A stretch of 64,000 bases of DNA from Psammoneis japonica (Eukaryota): the NCBI GenBank assembly GCA_008632985.1, contig QPGO01000138.1:1-64000 (forward strand). Reading direction: 5' to 3'. The position numbers and the translations under genes were made by a program. Within the stretch, counting starts at the first letter, position 1. Each line of letters opens with the position of its first letter. Positions 1 to 13,901 of the stretch are shown piece by piece. The notes below the pieces were generated by a model that had not been told where the DNA came from, searched no databases, and saw only the letters and a list, made by a program, of their open reading frames with translations.

Positions 1-579
1 GTGTCGGAACAGAGTCAACCGCAAATCTGGACTTGCTGCGCACCATCGTTCCAATCTCTTTTTGAAAATCAATGTGCTGGCATTAGCTTCACCATCTTCT
101 CATTTTAGATTGACTGGCAAAACAGGTTCATGGATGATGATGGCATGCACGGTGATGGTGGACGGCACTGATTTTCGTTTCGCATCAACGAACCATCGCC
201 GCTGCTCGCCGTTAGCGTTCGACCCCATCTGGTGTCTGGTGTTCGCTTCGCATGCCGGTAGGGCCCTAGGACTAAATGCAACGTTTTTGGGGATGGATAA
301 AATGAATTCTCGTCACGAAAAATCGCGAAAAATAGGGAAAAACCGAGAAAAACGAAAATTTCGACATTTCATGCAACTCCTACTCTCTACCCTACTCTCT
401 AGAGAGTGAAAAACTCCCAAGCTGGAAGTGGGTGACGCCATCATCTGCCCGCCGCGGCGGCGCGGCGCGACAACAAGAGCAGAGTGGAGAGAGCATGGGA
501 GCAGCCGCGACAAGAAGCAACATCAAACACGTTGTTGCAATAACCACCCATCCAGTTTCTTTGTACTACAAGACCGCAC

Positions 580-1200
580 ATGTGCTCCGATCAAACCACC
601 ATGATGAACGGGAGCTACGATAATGGAAAGTCTCGCAGAGGCCGAGAATGCTGTGACCGAGTCAATCTCGTCGAGCATGCGAAGAACAATATTCCCGCAG
701 AGCATCTCGACGCTTCCACGACCGTTTGCACTTCAGTTTCTTCTCTGTGTTGGGCAATAAATGTGGCTTGTGGTACTATGGCCTCTGACATGTGCTCCAT
801 CATCACAGGCGGAATGGCTTTCTTGTCCACTACAGCTTCTGCCAACCGACAATTTGAATTGGGTCGTCAGGAGACGGAGTTGGTCGGAAGGAAGACGCAT
901 GTGCTTGGATTGAAGACGGAGTTGGGTCACTTGGAGATGAAGTTGGGTCGCTTGGAGACGAAGTTGGGATTTTCGCAGATCCGAGGTCTGGATGACGAAA
1001 TCGAGCAAACGGAATTGGAAATCGGGGAAACGAAAAATGAAATCAAAGACAAGAATAAAGAAATCTCAAAGGCAAACGAGACAGTGCAGCAGATATCTCG
1101 CGAGATGGAAGACCGCAAAGAGCGTATTTCATCAAAGTACAACACAAACAGGAATGAAGTTGCTGGAGCCAGTGACAACGACTACCACGCAGTTGTCTAG
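580..1200 (+). CDS. Hypothetical coiled-coil protein (206 aa)
   Basis: ATG-started ORF; C-terminal half is heptad E/K/L-rich (LKTELGH-LEMKLGR-LETKLGF, EIEQTELEIGETKNEIK); no recognisable family. Confidence 0.55.
   Translation: MCSDQTTMMNGSYDNGKSRRGRECCDRVNLVEHAKNNIPAEHLDASTTVCTSVSSLCWAINVACGTMASDMCSIITGGMAFLSTTASANRQFELGRQETELVGRKTHVLGLKTELGHLEMKLGRLETKLGFSQIRGLDDEIEQTELEIGETKNEIKDKNKEISKANETVQQISREMEDRKERISSKYNTNRNEVAGASDNDYHAVV
854..972 (+). repeat. Degenerate 21-nt tandem repeat encoding coiled-coil heptads
   Basis: Consecutive units ttgaagacggagttgggtcac / ttggagatgaagttgggtcgc / ttggagacgaagttgggattt. Confidence 0.7.
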
Positions 1201-2919
1201 GACGCGGCCAAAGGGGTGGGGCGCCACACCTTGCCGGTATTTTGCAAAGTAGTTTCCGATTTGCAGGGGTAGGTGGGCCAAAGTGTCAAGCATGCACTCA
1301 GTATCGCATCATGCATGTATTCAATCATTGCGTCCATTGCTATTTTGGATGCCTTTGCTGAAGAACATATACTCATAAAATAGCTATAGAATTACAGACC
1401 ACGACGGCTTTGCTTTTCGCCCATTTTATTGAATTGGGAGTGCTTCTTTTCACAAGTACGGGAACTCCACACTTTTAGATGCTCTACGCAAGTGTTATCA
1501 AGTAAGCGACGTAGAGCGTTGTGTTAGACATGTCGCTTCACGGTTCAACTGTTCTTCTCTGCACTGAGCCTCGGATTCAACCCCGTTCCATTCTACAATC
1601 ATTAGAAAGTCCAGCAGCCAACACTTTGCTGTTGGTCTACACTGCCAGATGCCAACATGGGAAGAATGTACTAATGCATTGCAACTGGGGTCACAAAATG
1701 AGAATGGGCACTGTCCAAGGTGCGAAGGCATTGATGATTCACCCACACACCCACACACACACAAGACACACAGACATGTGGGGGCAGGAGAGCAAAAGCA
1801 ATGAAAACTCAATTCAATCCACGCACAAGACAAGAAAGGCAACTTGATGTCAAAGACCCATGTGGTTGGATCATCCCCTACACTGACAATGCAATTCCCA
1901 GACAGATGAATCAAATCCATTCTTCCACAAACTTTCGGACTTCATGTGAATTTTGCAAGATGCTTTGCACCGGCAATCTTCCAGAGTTGTGCCATTTGAT
2001 CCCCCCTGACCCCAACACAAGATGGTCTTGGGCAGTCTCCATGTTTTTTGTTGCTTTGGCACTGCAGCTTGTTGGGAGATAAAAGCCAAGCTCTCAATGA
2101 AACACTTGCCACCGTGCAGATTTGCAATCTTCTTCTGTTCTTGTCCACAGACAAAAATCACTTGATCATTCCCCAACAATGCCTGGCAAGCACTGGGCCA
2201 GGCCCAGCAGAGGGATCACACAACCCCAAAGTCTAGGAACACAGCAAACAGAAGATGGCCAGACTCACAGCACATTTTCCATGTTGAAAAATGTCCAGGG
2301 GTTCTTGCCACCTGCCGTGTGGATTTCTGAGTCACGAACAGTGATTCGCGGGCCAAAAAATGATCTGAGATTTGTTTTTTCAACAACAAAACAACAACAC
2401 AGTGAAGAACAGGGCTTCATGGCACTGTTTGGATGCCATCATCTCAAGCATGGTGTCAACGACAGTTTTTGATGCTTTTGCATTGGCAGAGATTTCCTCA
2501 TGGAAATGCAGCACAATTGTGCACAGAAAATCAAAAAATCTTGCACTTGGGTGCACATTGTCACATGTCATTTTTCTCAACAAAACACTGCTCTTTGTCA
2601 GCATTTCTCAACAGCACAACCTCAACAACTGATCCTGTGCAGCAAAAAGCTGCTGTGTCATTGTGCCGTGCATTGCATCTGTGCTGCGCCAGCCACTGGA
2701 ACACCACCTTTTGAAAGCAATGCAGAGTGCAGAGCAATGAACAACTGAGATGGATGAGATCCAATCAGTTGCAAGAATTGGATCTGTCAAAACAAAGCCG
2801 CTCTCAACAAATTTTGTGCTGTCACCATGAGAAGGTTCCATCCAGCACCATCCGGGCAATCTGCTGAAATGTGCCATTTCAACGGAAATGAGCGAACCCC
2901 GGATGTGAGAGCTGTTGAG

Positions 2920-3790
2920 CAGTCTTGCACTGAGCCTTTCTTGAGGTTCTTGAAGTGGCAATCTTTGCTGTTTTTGACAATCAGGTGCATTGTCCACGTC
3001 TCAAATGCAGACTTCTTCATTTCTTTCTGCTCGGTTGCAGTTGCTGCAGCATGCTCTTTTGAGTTTTCAACAAAGCCATCAAGCAACTTGTCACCCAGTC
3101 CTTCCCTCATTGCATTGCATTGGTTCTTGAATCATGACAGACAGTCATTGATCGACTCTTGTTCTTGTTGCTTCACCTCCAATGGGTTCTTGAGCACCTT
3201 GGTCAACACACGGAATGGGTGTCGACCCATCACAGAGTCACACGTCAGGGTTTGGATCAGCTTCAATGGCTTGACAAGATTGTCCCTGATCTTGTCACAC
3301 ACAGGATCTGCCAGCACTCTCTGCCTCATCAGCTTCGTGCACAGCAGTCTTCAAGGAACACAGCAAACCCTCTGTTCTTGTTTTCTTCAAACTGTTTGAC
3401 CTTGCTTCAACAGTCTCCGAGCTCAGCCTTGCATTCACACTCAAGCTGTTTGTTCTCTTTTTCTGCTTCTGGTGATTCCTTGCTCAATGCAGACACTTTT
3501 GGTGTTGGTGTCTCACCTGAAAAATCCATGTGTTTCATGTCTTTGAGTGATTGCACCAGGTGCCTGCCTTGTTCACACTCTTTTTGAATGCAGCGCATGA
3601 TCTTGTTCTTCACATCTTCAAACGTTGCATTGCAAGAGTCACTGTGCATTGATGAAGGACATAACTTCAGTTCAGGGTCAAAGCTCCTGTTGCTGCACGT
3701 CTTCTTCTTCAATCCAGAAGACTTGTGACTCTTGTTGCCACTGCCTGCCTTGACCTTGACTTTGATCTTGGCCTTTCTTGTGCAGATTGT
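2920..3790 (-). mobile_element. Decayed gag of a diatom-type Ty1/copia (CoDi-like) LTR retrotransposon, truncated before pol
   Basis: Broken minus-strand frames ATFEDVKNKIMRCIQKECEQGRHLVQSLKDM / MRQRVLADPVCDKIRDNLVKPLKLIQTL..GRHPF..KQQEQESINDCLS / LGDKLLDGFVENSKEH..MKKSAFETWTMHLIVKNS resemble diatom copia gag once C/H are read as Y; recognised from memory, not searched. Confidence 0.7.
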
Positions 3791-4504
3791 TCAATCCTCT
3801 GCCACTCATTTGTGCAGGCCACTTGATTCCTCAATGAAGGATTGTAGACTTGATTCAGCAAGCTGCACCTTGCACGCTTGCAACTCTTCAGAGTGAATGT
3901 TGAACTGATGGGTCAATGGCGGCAAAAGGGAATCTTGCAAAGCTTCCTCCAATCTTGCTGTGCTCGTCCTGGCTGCTTGTGCAGCTGTGGTTTGCCCAGA
4001 AGGTTGGTCGACACAACTTTGCACACTGGATGGATTTGGTTTTAACAGACACTTCCCAGTGCCGATGACAACAGTTCACACACCAGATGATTCACTCCAA
4101 AGAGTGAGAATGTTTCGTTTTGGGGATGACAGTGTGATGACAAAGAATTTGTCATCATCAGAAGGTCCACGTCAGGAGCCAAAAATCCACCAACTTCAAT
4201 TCATTCTGGGTTCTCCAACACCCTCATTCCAGGTTCTCTAGCAACACCCGCACTTGGCTTGCTCTGACAGCATGAGATGAAAAAAAGGAACAGGAGCAAG
4301 AGACAATGAGCCAAATTGAGCTTTTCTCACTGTCACCTTGCTGTCATTCATTGTGTTTGGAACAGAAGCAGCTGGGCAGCACCACACATGTAAGATTGAT
4401 GATGGCCCAGATGAAAAACCCAGTTGCTGCTTGTCTGCAACACACAGCTTCATCTTTTGAGTGCGCTGCTGACAATGAGTTGATTGGCAGAATTGAAATT
4501 AAAT

Positions 4505-4602
4505 TCCAAGGCTGAGCCAAAATTTGTCAAGCTGGCAAAAGAGTGTGGACATTGGAGTCCAAGGCTGAACTGCAATTTGTCAAGTTGGCAAAGGAGTGTG
4601 GG
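4505..4602 (+). repeat. ~53-bp tandem duplication
   Basis: tccaaggctgagccaaaatttgtcaagctggcaaaagagtgtgg vs tccaaggctgaactgcaatttgtcaagttggcaaaggagtgtgg. Confidence 0.75.
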
Positions 4603-5149
4603 TCACAGTGGAGAAAAAAGGGCATCCAAGTGAATGACTTGTGCTGTGCATCAATTCAAAGCTGAAGATTTGACTTTCAGGTGGAGCCAAACAGGACAAG
4701 AACAGCAAAGCCATCAAGCCACCACTGCTGCTCTGTTAGACAGATTTGTGTTCTTCTGCACTCTTGGACTGACTCCAAGAATGACACAAAAGTGGTGACA
4801 GGCACTTGATTGAATTCAACTCCAGCGTTGAACAAATTGATCTGGAAAAACAAAATTGTGTTTTGCAAGTCAAGCCAAGAAGAATGGAGGCTCCAGAAAG
4901 TTGGGACCTTTTGATGCAATTGTGAGACATGATGGGGTCAACTCAATTGTGTGAAAACTGACATTGACAGCAAGACCTTTTGTCAAAATGTCATGTTTCT
5001 GCCAGGAGAACTCAAAATTTGTTGGTGCACAAGCACTCTGCCAAATCTAGAGCCAGTCTCTGTGTCATTGTCAATGCAAAAAAAGGGTGGAGTCACTGCC
5101 TTTGTGGAACCAACTCAAAACAAAGGGGGGTGCACATTGTTTGTGTGGG

Positions 5150-6010
5150 GGGTGGAAAAGAGGATGATCCTGTGTTCACCAAGAACCCTCAAGATCTGGA
5201 TGTGATTGAGTGACTCCCATTGCTTGATGGCATTGACAAGGACAAAGTTGCTGGACAATTGCCCAGACAAAAAGCATCTCAAGCATCATCTGTTCAGTGC
5301 AATGCCCACCATTGCAAGAACCCAGTGCTTTGTGGCAATGCAGCTCATGCCACCGGCAGTGTTTCTGGGCAAGGCATCAACTCGGCTCTCTCTTGCCGAT
5401 GCATCAGCCTTGTCTGCATGCCTCAACCCCTTCTGGTTGCAGCACGAACAAGGATCAAGGATCCATGGTCAAAGATGCAATCATGCAAGAAGCTCTCTTG
5501 GCACATTCTCAGTCCAAAGTTCCAGAAGGCAAGGCACCGTGGTGTGAGTTGTTCTTTGGCAATGAAAGCAGCACTCCTGTTGGAAAATGGATCTGCTCGG
5601 CGCTCGCCACCACTCAAGATGCCATTTTTCAAGGCAAGCCAGGAATTGGGCACATGCCTCTGCAAACACTCTTGGCATCTTTGTCGACACTGTTTTCTGA
5701 CACTGTTTTCTGACACCTGACGTGATCATGATGGAGACTTTGACACTGCATTTCCCACTCCGGAGGAACGGAATGAGTGCTTGATGAGTTTGCTCAAGCA
5801 ACGCACTGCATGACATGGGGTTGTTTGGAGGTTGAGGCAATCAATCCATGAGACATGCACTGTGCTGTGCTGCTGGAACAACAAGTTGGTTCCCTTGTTC
5901 GAACTGCTTTGTGCTCTTGATCCTTGATTCGCGCTAGAGCGGTTGCTTTCCTCAACCTCTTGCATTCGTCCTCATTGACGGAGTTCTCCAAGACAGATTG
6001 TCTTCCATTT
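5150..6010 (-). pseudogene. Decayed ORF of unknown family
   Basis: Protein-like minus-strand text (KMPRVFAEACAQFLACLEKWHLEWWRAP...LWTENVPRELLA*LHL*PWILDP) interrupted by TGA stops that could derive from CGA. Confidence 0.35.
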
Positions 6011-6265
6011 CAAAATCTTGCAATTAACAGTTGAAAAGCAGGGATTTGAAAAATCCATGCGGGTCTACAATGAGTAGAATTGCACAGTTACACTACGAGA
6101 ACAGATGCTTCGCTCCTTCTCACATAAAACTTTGTGGATCACTCTTATCAACCACATTCTCTCTCTAGTCAGCACCACTCTCCGCGGAGAGAGGTGATCA
6201 GAGTCGCTGAACCGTTGAGTTGAAACAGCCGAGAAACTGAAAAATAAAAAGAGTAACATATTACT

Positions 6266-6973
6266 TCATAGTTTTTGTGATTCAGCTTCGTGTTTTTTCA
6301 CCATCATTTCTTGATACGCTTCTCCTGTAAGCGCCATTCCACCTACAGCGATTAAAAATGGATCATTTTCTGGGTCATTGTCATTCGTGGAGGAGTCTTC
6401 ATGGACGGATTCGTTCTCTACGGATTCTTCCTCATTATTTTGTCTAGAGTTTTCTTGTTGTTCCCGGGCTAATTTTCGTTCCAGCGTCTTTCTTTCCCGG
6501 AGTCGCATTCGTCCTGATGATTCGTTTTCCGTACGAGTATGACCTTTCTCATTGGCTTCGTCGTCTGAGCAAGGAAGTGCTGGTTCCTTGCCACAAACCG
6601 CACACACTCGATAAATCTCGTTCCACTCATTGTTCTCGTCCTTGTTTGATTCCGCCGTCGCACAAGAATTATTGAGACCCCGTTTTGCTTTTTCGCTTGT
6701 TGTACACGACGTGCACAAGGTATGATAAGCTGCCTTTACTTTTCGTTCAAGACAGAGATTGCATTTGGAGGGTTGTGTCAGGGGCTTGTATTTGCGGTAC
6801 TTTTTTCTCCATTCAATCTTTTCGTGGCATCGACGACACACGTGTATGTTGGGTGAATTGAGAATGGCCTCGGTCTTTTTGGATTTGGGGTTGTGCTTGT
6901 AGGCAAACGTGTTTTGGTGTGCAGGGGCACGGCCTTTTTTCTTCTTCTTGGATGAAGCTTCTTGCTGGGGCAT
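6266..6973 (-). CDS. C9orf85/DUF2039-family protein
   Basis: AHQNTFAYKHNPKSKKT..VCRRCHEKIEWRKKYRKYKPL..KCNLC..KAAYHTLCTSC signature; ATG at 6973. Confidence 0.85.
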   Translation of the reverse strand: MPQQEASSKKKKKGRAPAHQNTFAYKHNPKSKKTEAILNSPNIHVCRRCHEKIEWRKKYRKYKPLTQPSKCNLCLERKVKAAYHTLCTSCTTSEKAKRGLNNSCATAESNKDENNEWNEIYRVCAVCGKEPALPCSDDEANEKGHTRTENESSGRMRLRERKTLERKLAREQQENSRQNNEEESVENESVHEDSSTNDNDPENDPFLIAVGGMALTGEAYQEMMVKKHEAESQKL

Positions 6974-7486
6974 GGTTGGAACAGTAAAAGAGCCTATGGG
7001 AACTGTGAACACACGAAGAGAGCAATGTTGTTATGTTGATCATTGATCATTGTCGGATGGGCGTTGTCGAGTTGGTCGCGTTGATCGTTGATTGGTCGGA
7101 GGGAACTTTGCAAACGAAAATAAAACGTACGACGACAGATCAAAGCATGGCCGCTTGTGTCTGATTGAAACCCATTTTTGAAATAAGGAATTGCAGATGG
7201 TCCATGCGGTCTTAGTAGTGTGCATTTTGTACGAAAAATTGAAACTTTTCAAATCATGGATTCCATTTGTCGAATTTCCCGCCACCTCCACGCAACATCA
7301 ACCAGCATCAACACTAGACTTACTACTGGTACCGGTACACTTGTAAATACAGTACCCACAACCCACAACACGCAACACAACAACGGAAAAGCAAGGCCAT
7401 TCTTTATTCCATCGTCATCGCGTTTTCCATTCATAACAACAACGCTTTAAGCTGTTGCGCCAAACATAATACGCGACACAACAACA

Positions 7487-7843
7487 ATGGTATTGGGACG
7501 TCAGGGTTTGAGACTAGAAGCATGGAAATTTGGTGTCTATCTAATCATTCCCATTACCGCATCAATGGCTTTCAACGATCCCGACGTGCAAAAGTATTGG
7601 GCCGACTATTTTCAGTTTCTCAAGTATCCCGCCAATCCCAACACGAATTTAAAGGAACAGTTTGAAGAATTACAAGCAAAACGAGAGAAGGAAAAGGAAC
7701 AGCGAAAGGAGTATATGAGTCAATTGAAAAAGTTACAAGAGTCGGCGCAGCAGTCGCGAGCAGCAGAGCAGCAAAGTAGTGACGCAAAAAAGAGCGGGGG
7801 TTGGGGTAGATGGTTTCGCTGGAGAGGAGTTTCTGATTCTTGA
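7487..7843 (+). CDS. Pet100-like cytochrome c oxidase assembly factor
   Basis: Small protein with N-terminal LEAWKFGVYLIIP..FNDP TM segment followed by charged coiled coil. Confidence 0.6.
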   Translation: MVLGRQGLRLEAWKFGVYLIIPITASMAFNDPDVQKYWADYFQFLKYPANPNTNLKEQFEELQAKREKEKEQRKEYMSQLKKLQESAQQSRAAEQQSSDAKKSGGWGRWFRWRGVSDS

Positions 7844-8000
7844 AAAGCTACCGTGTGGTTTCGAAATGTCATGCACGCACCAACTGCAATCATAGAACCT
7901 TTATCTATCCAATCCCAAGACGTTTAGAACTGCGGTATACTGGTTTATGATGTGTGTAAGAATCTAGATTTTTACTGGTATGAGTTTTTTGACGCGCTTA

Positions 8001-10206
8001 TTACATAAGCTTATCGGGATTGGCCATGATTTCGGCAAATTCCTTGAGGAACAAGGCAGCATCCGCTCCGTAGATTTGACGGTGATCGCAAGTGAGAGTA
8101 ACCGTCATTTTTTGAACCTTCTTCATGCCAAGCACTGACTGAGAGTCGGGAACAATAACCTCTTGCGTACCACCAATGGCAAGGATCCCACCCATTCCAG
8201 ATGGAAGGATGGCATCGAATTGAGTGACTCCAAACATTCCAAGGTTGGAAATTGTGAATGTACCCGAGGTGTACTCGTCCGGTGACAAACTGCCAGACTT
8301 GGCCTTGTCGACAAGTTCCTACAACAAGAGTAAGGGTTGCAGAGTGAGCAATTGGCGGCGTCAATAATAACCATGTTCCTCAGTCGTATTCAGTACAGCA
8401 ATTTATATAAACAAACGTACCTTCCAGTTCTCTCCCAATTCGAAAATACTTCTCTCGTTTGCGTATTTGAGAGTAGGGGTGATGAGACCGCCGTCAATGG
8501 CAACGGCCATGGCAATGTTGATGTCCTTGTTGTAGGTGAATCCTCCTTCTTGGTAAGAACTGTTAATGATTGGGAACTTCTCAATGGCAAGTGCGACAGC
8601 CTTGGCAAGCATGGCCGAAACAGTGACTCCCTTGGGCTTGACAGTTTGGTAGAGAGCATTGAACTTGTCCATTTCAACCTCGCGGCTGACACGGAACACG
8701 GGGGTGGTAAGAGTGGCCTCCATGTTGTTGCTGACCGCCCGTTGCATTCCCGTAAATTCAACCCGTCCCTCGGGCAACTCAACCACAGGGGCGCCGGCGG
8801 GGGCAGACCTCTTGCGTTCCACCTTCTTCTCGCCAGTAGCAATCTTGACATCATCGGCCGTCACACGGCCAAACTCTCCGGTTCCAACAATAGTGGCCAA
8901 ATCAATCTTGGCCTTCTTTGCCAAGGCACGGGCGCTGGGAGTGGCTGCAATGACACCGGGTGCCGGAGTCCAAGAGGGCTTGGCAGGAGCGGCGGGAGCG
9001 GCCTTTCCGGCTGCTGGGGCGGCACCGGAGGCAGCTCCTTCGACATCTGTCGCGGTAATACGACCATCAGGACCAGTGCCAGTAACAGTGCTGAGGTCGA
9101 CTCCCAATTGCTCTGCCTTTTTCTTAGCCAAAGGAGATGCGACGATACGGTCGCCAGATTTAGGAGCAGCCTTGGGTGTAACGGCAGCGGCTTTGGGTGC
9201 GGCAGCCGCAGCAGCTGGTGCAGCGGGAGCGGCGGCGGCGGGAGCAGGAGCTCCAGAAAGGGTGGCAGCGTAGGCCTGCAAAGCGGGGATATCTCCCTCG
9301 TTCTCAGCAATGAGTGCAACAGGAGCTCCAACAGCACCGCTGTCTCCTTCTTCGGTAATGATGGCAGCAAGGAATCCATCTTCGAACGCCTCAACGTCCA
9401 TGTCGGCCTTGTCACTCTCGACAACCATAATGGCCTCGCCAGCAGAGACAGGATCACCCTCGGCCTTGAGCCATGAAACAATCTTGCCCTCCTTCATTGT
9501 GGAGGAAAGGGCCGGCATATCGACCTGGCTAAAGTCGCAATCAGGTGCTGCGGCTGAAACAGAAGATCGTGACGAGATACGACATAAAAGTTTAGGGCAC
9601 TCGCAAAAGGACAACTTGTATAAATCAAATACAACGGTCTCAAGAAGTATCAGGCAAATTAAACTCACCTCCAGCTGCAGGCGCAGCAGCTTCAGCGGCT
9701 GGTGCCTCGGCGGCAGCAGGAGCAGCTCCGCTTCCCGCGACTCCAGCACTGGCAACCGCATCAATCTCGTCCTCGAGAGCAGCAACGAGTGCAACAACTT
9801 CACCTACGGGAGCAGATTCACCTTCTTCGGTGAGGATCTTTGCGAGGTATCCATCTTCAAAAGCTTCGACATCCATATCCGCCTTGTCACTCTCGACAAC
9901 CATGATGGCTTCTCCCGCTTCGATACTGTCACCCTCATTCTTGAGCCAAGACACAACACGTCCTTCCTTCATGGTGGACGACAGGGCCGGCATGGTGATC
10001 TCAATAGCCTCAGCGTTCAGTTGCGTCACAATTTGCTGCTTTCCCATGCTTGCTCTAGAATTGGCATGCCCAACGAATCCAACACGGCTTGGAGCATTGG
10101 AAACCGGAGCAACACCGAACGCATCGGAGTGAGAAACGCGATCAGTGAATACAACGGCAAGCAACGCCGTGCTAGCAACGAGGCGAGCTCCTCGAACAAA
10201 CTTCAT
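8001..10206 (-). CDS. pdhC: Plastid pyruvate dehydrogenase E2 (dihydrolipoamide acetyltransferase), two lipoyl domains; exons 10206-9669, 9553-8421, 8318-8001
   Basis: Two MPALSSTMKEG..VESDKADMDVE lipoyl domains, E3-binding motifs (ASPLAKK, ATPSAR), catalytic TFTISNLG and DHR; bipartite presequence (SDAFGV); in-frame GT-AG introns. Confidence 0.93.
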
Positions 10207-10552
10207 TTTGTACGTTGGTGGCAATTTTTTTATAATGATACGCCAGCAACAATGAAATGTGTGAAGACAGCGAGTCGAATGAGAAAGCTTGATACCAACA
10301 AAATAGACGACGACGTCGTTGTCGAGAAAAGGGTCGATGTCAAAAGTTTTGTGAGGTCATCAAACAGTCGCGTACGTGTTCAAAATATTAGGTATACGAT
10401 TCTGGATACATTTAATTAGCAGATTTGTGCGGTTCTCACATTTTGGAATTTTGATACCAGTTTCTACGTGAGCGCTACACCGAAAATAACGCGGGAAACA
10501 TCCAACCGAAGATTTTCTCACAACACGACGCCAATTATTGTCAACGTTCACC

Positions 10553-11359
10553 ATGAAGACTGCACTGCTTCTTTTCTCTGTGGCTTCGGCCAGTTCTACC
10601 ATTGTCTCGGCATTTGTGGCTCCCCAAGTTTCGACCCGAAATGCAAAGACCATGCTTTTTGAGGAAGCGGTGGCAACCGAGGAAGAAACCGATACCATGG
10701 GCGGACAAGCCATTTCTGACCTGACTTCGAGTTTGACCACCGTTTTCACGTCTGAGGATATTGACAAGATATTGCCTCACCGTTACCCATTTGCTCTTGT
10801 TGATAAAGTAGTCGAATACGAGGCAGGAAAGGTGCGTCTTTGAACTTAACATTCTTGTTAATTCTTCTCGAAAGCATCGCACGTGATCACTCATGCCGCT
10901 CCCTTTGCATCCACGCTAGCGTGCGGTTGGTATCAAGACCGTAACCAAGAACGAGCCACACTTTGAAGGCCACTTTCCCGATCGTCCCATCATGCCTGGT
11001 GTTATGCAAGTGGAAGCCTTGGCTCAGCTAGCTGGTATTGTCTGCCTTCAAATGGAGGGAGCTGAGCCAGGTGCGATCTTCTTCTTTGGAGGTGTCGATG
11101 GTGTCAAGTGGAAGAAGCCTGTCGTTCCAGGTGATGTGCTTGTCCTGGAGGTGGAAATCACCAAGTGGAGGGCTAAGTTTGGCATTGCCAAGGCCACAGG
11201 AAAGGCCTACGTCGACGGTGAAGTAGCAGCGGAGGTTAAAGAGATGTAAGTCTGCTGTGTTCGTGCGGCTTTGTCTCTTGTACAATCATCACCCGATTTT
11301 GTTACTAACAGCGCCCTTCCTGTCCCCACAAATGCAGGACTTTCGCACTCGCTAAATAA
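10553..11359 (+). CDS. fabZ: Plastid beta-hydroxyacyl-ACP dehydratase; exons 10553-10831, 10920-11245, 11338-11359
   Basis: [37 protein letters not shown] motifs; VSAFVAP plastid presequence; GT-AG introns restore frame. Confidence 0.93.
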
Positions 11360-11513
11360 GCTCATGCATCTTCCAATTCCACAACGAGCCTTCGTTCTAT
11401 CAGTTCTTGAATAAACCCTGATTCGTAGCTAGAGAATAAAGATATGCACCTCATTATAAACGACACTTTAACATTTTCTAATCCACAGACTATTATCTTT
11501 CTGCTTCCCATGA

Positions 11514-13534
<2,021 letters not shown>

Positions 13535-13901
13535 GTTGATTTTGTGGGGTGTTCGAACCGGTGAGCCGCAGAATCTTGTTGGTACTAAAATCACGTACAA
13601 GTCTACGAGGCGGGGAGGCCTTGCAGCCACACAAAAATCTTGTGACGTGAACGCGTGTTGTCTGTACGTTGTACGGTTTGGTTCGCGCGTTTGCTTTTCG
13701 CGCGTAGGTAACGGCCGGCCCACGAACCACGAACCACACGAAAATCGCTCGAAAAACAAAAATTCCCTCCAAAAGGAAAAGAAAACGACAACAGGAAGCG
13801 CAAACAGGCTAGCCGGACACCTCGTTGTGGGTTTAGTTGTTCTCTTTAGTACACAGTTATACTCTTGACTTTAAAAGGTGCAAAGAGGGGATTCAAAGAA
13901 A

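Larger units (their letters stand above)
1530..6060. other. Hypermutated repeat island A (TpA- and CpG-depleted, TpG/CpA-rich)
   Basis: Manual scan found no TA between 2236 and 3661 while about 20 CG remain; contains a decayed gag; boundaries approximate. Confidence 0.85.

Noticed and set aside
3790..4600. LTR/PBS for the copia fragment
   Set aside because: No paired LTR or convincing tRNA primer-binding site could be recognised in the degraded sequence.
1530..6060. Classical RIP or CpG methylation alone as the explanation for the islands
   Set aside because: RIP generates TpA and 5mC deamination does not consume it; here TpA is more depleted than CpG.
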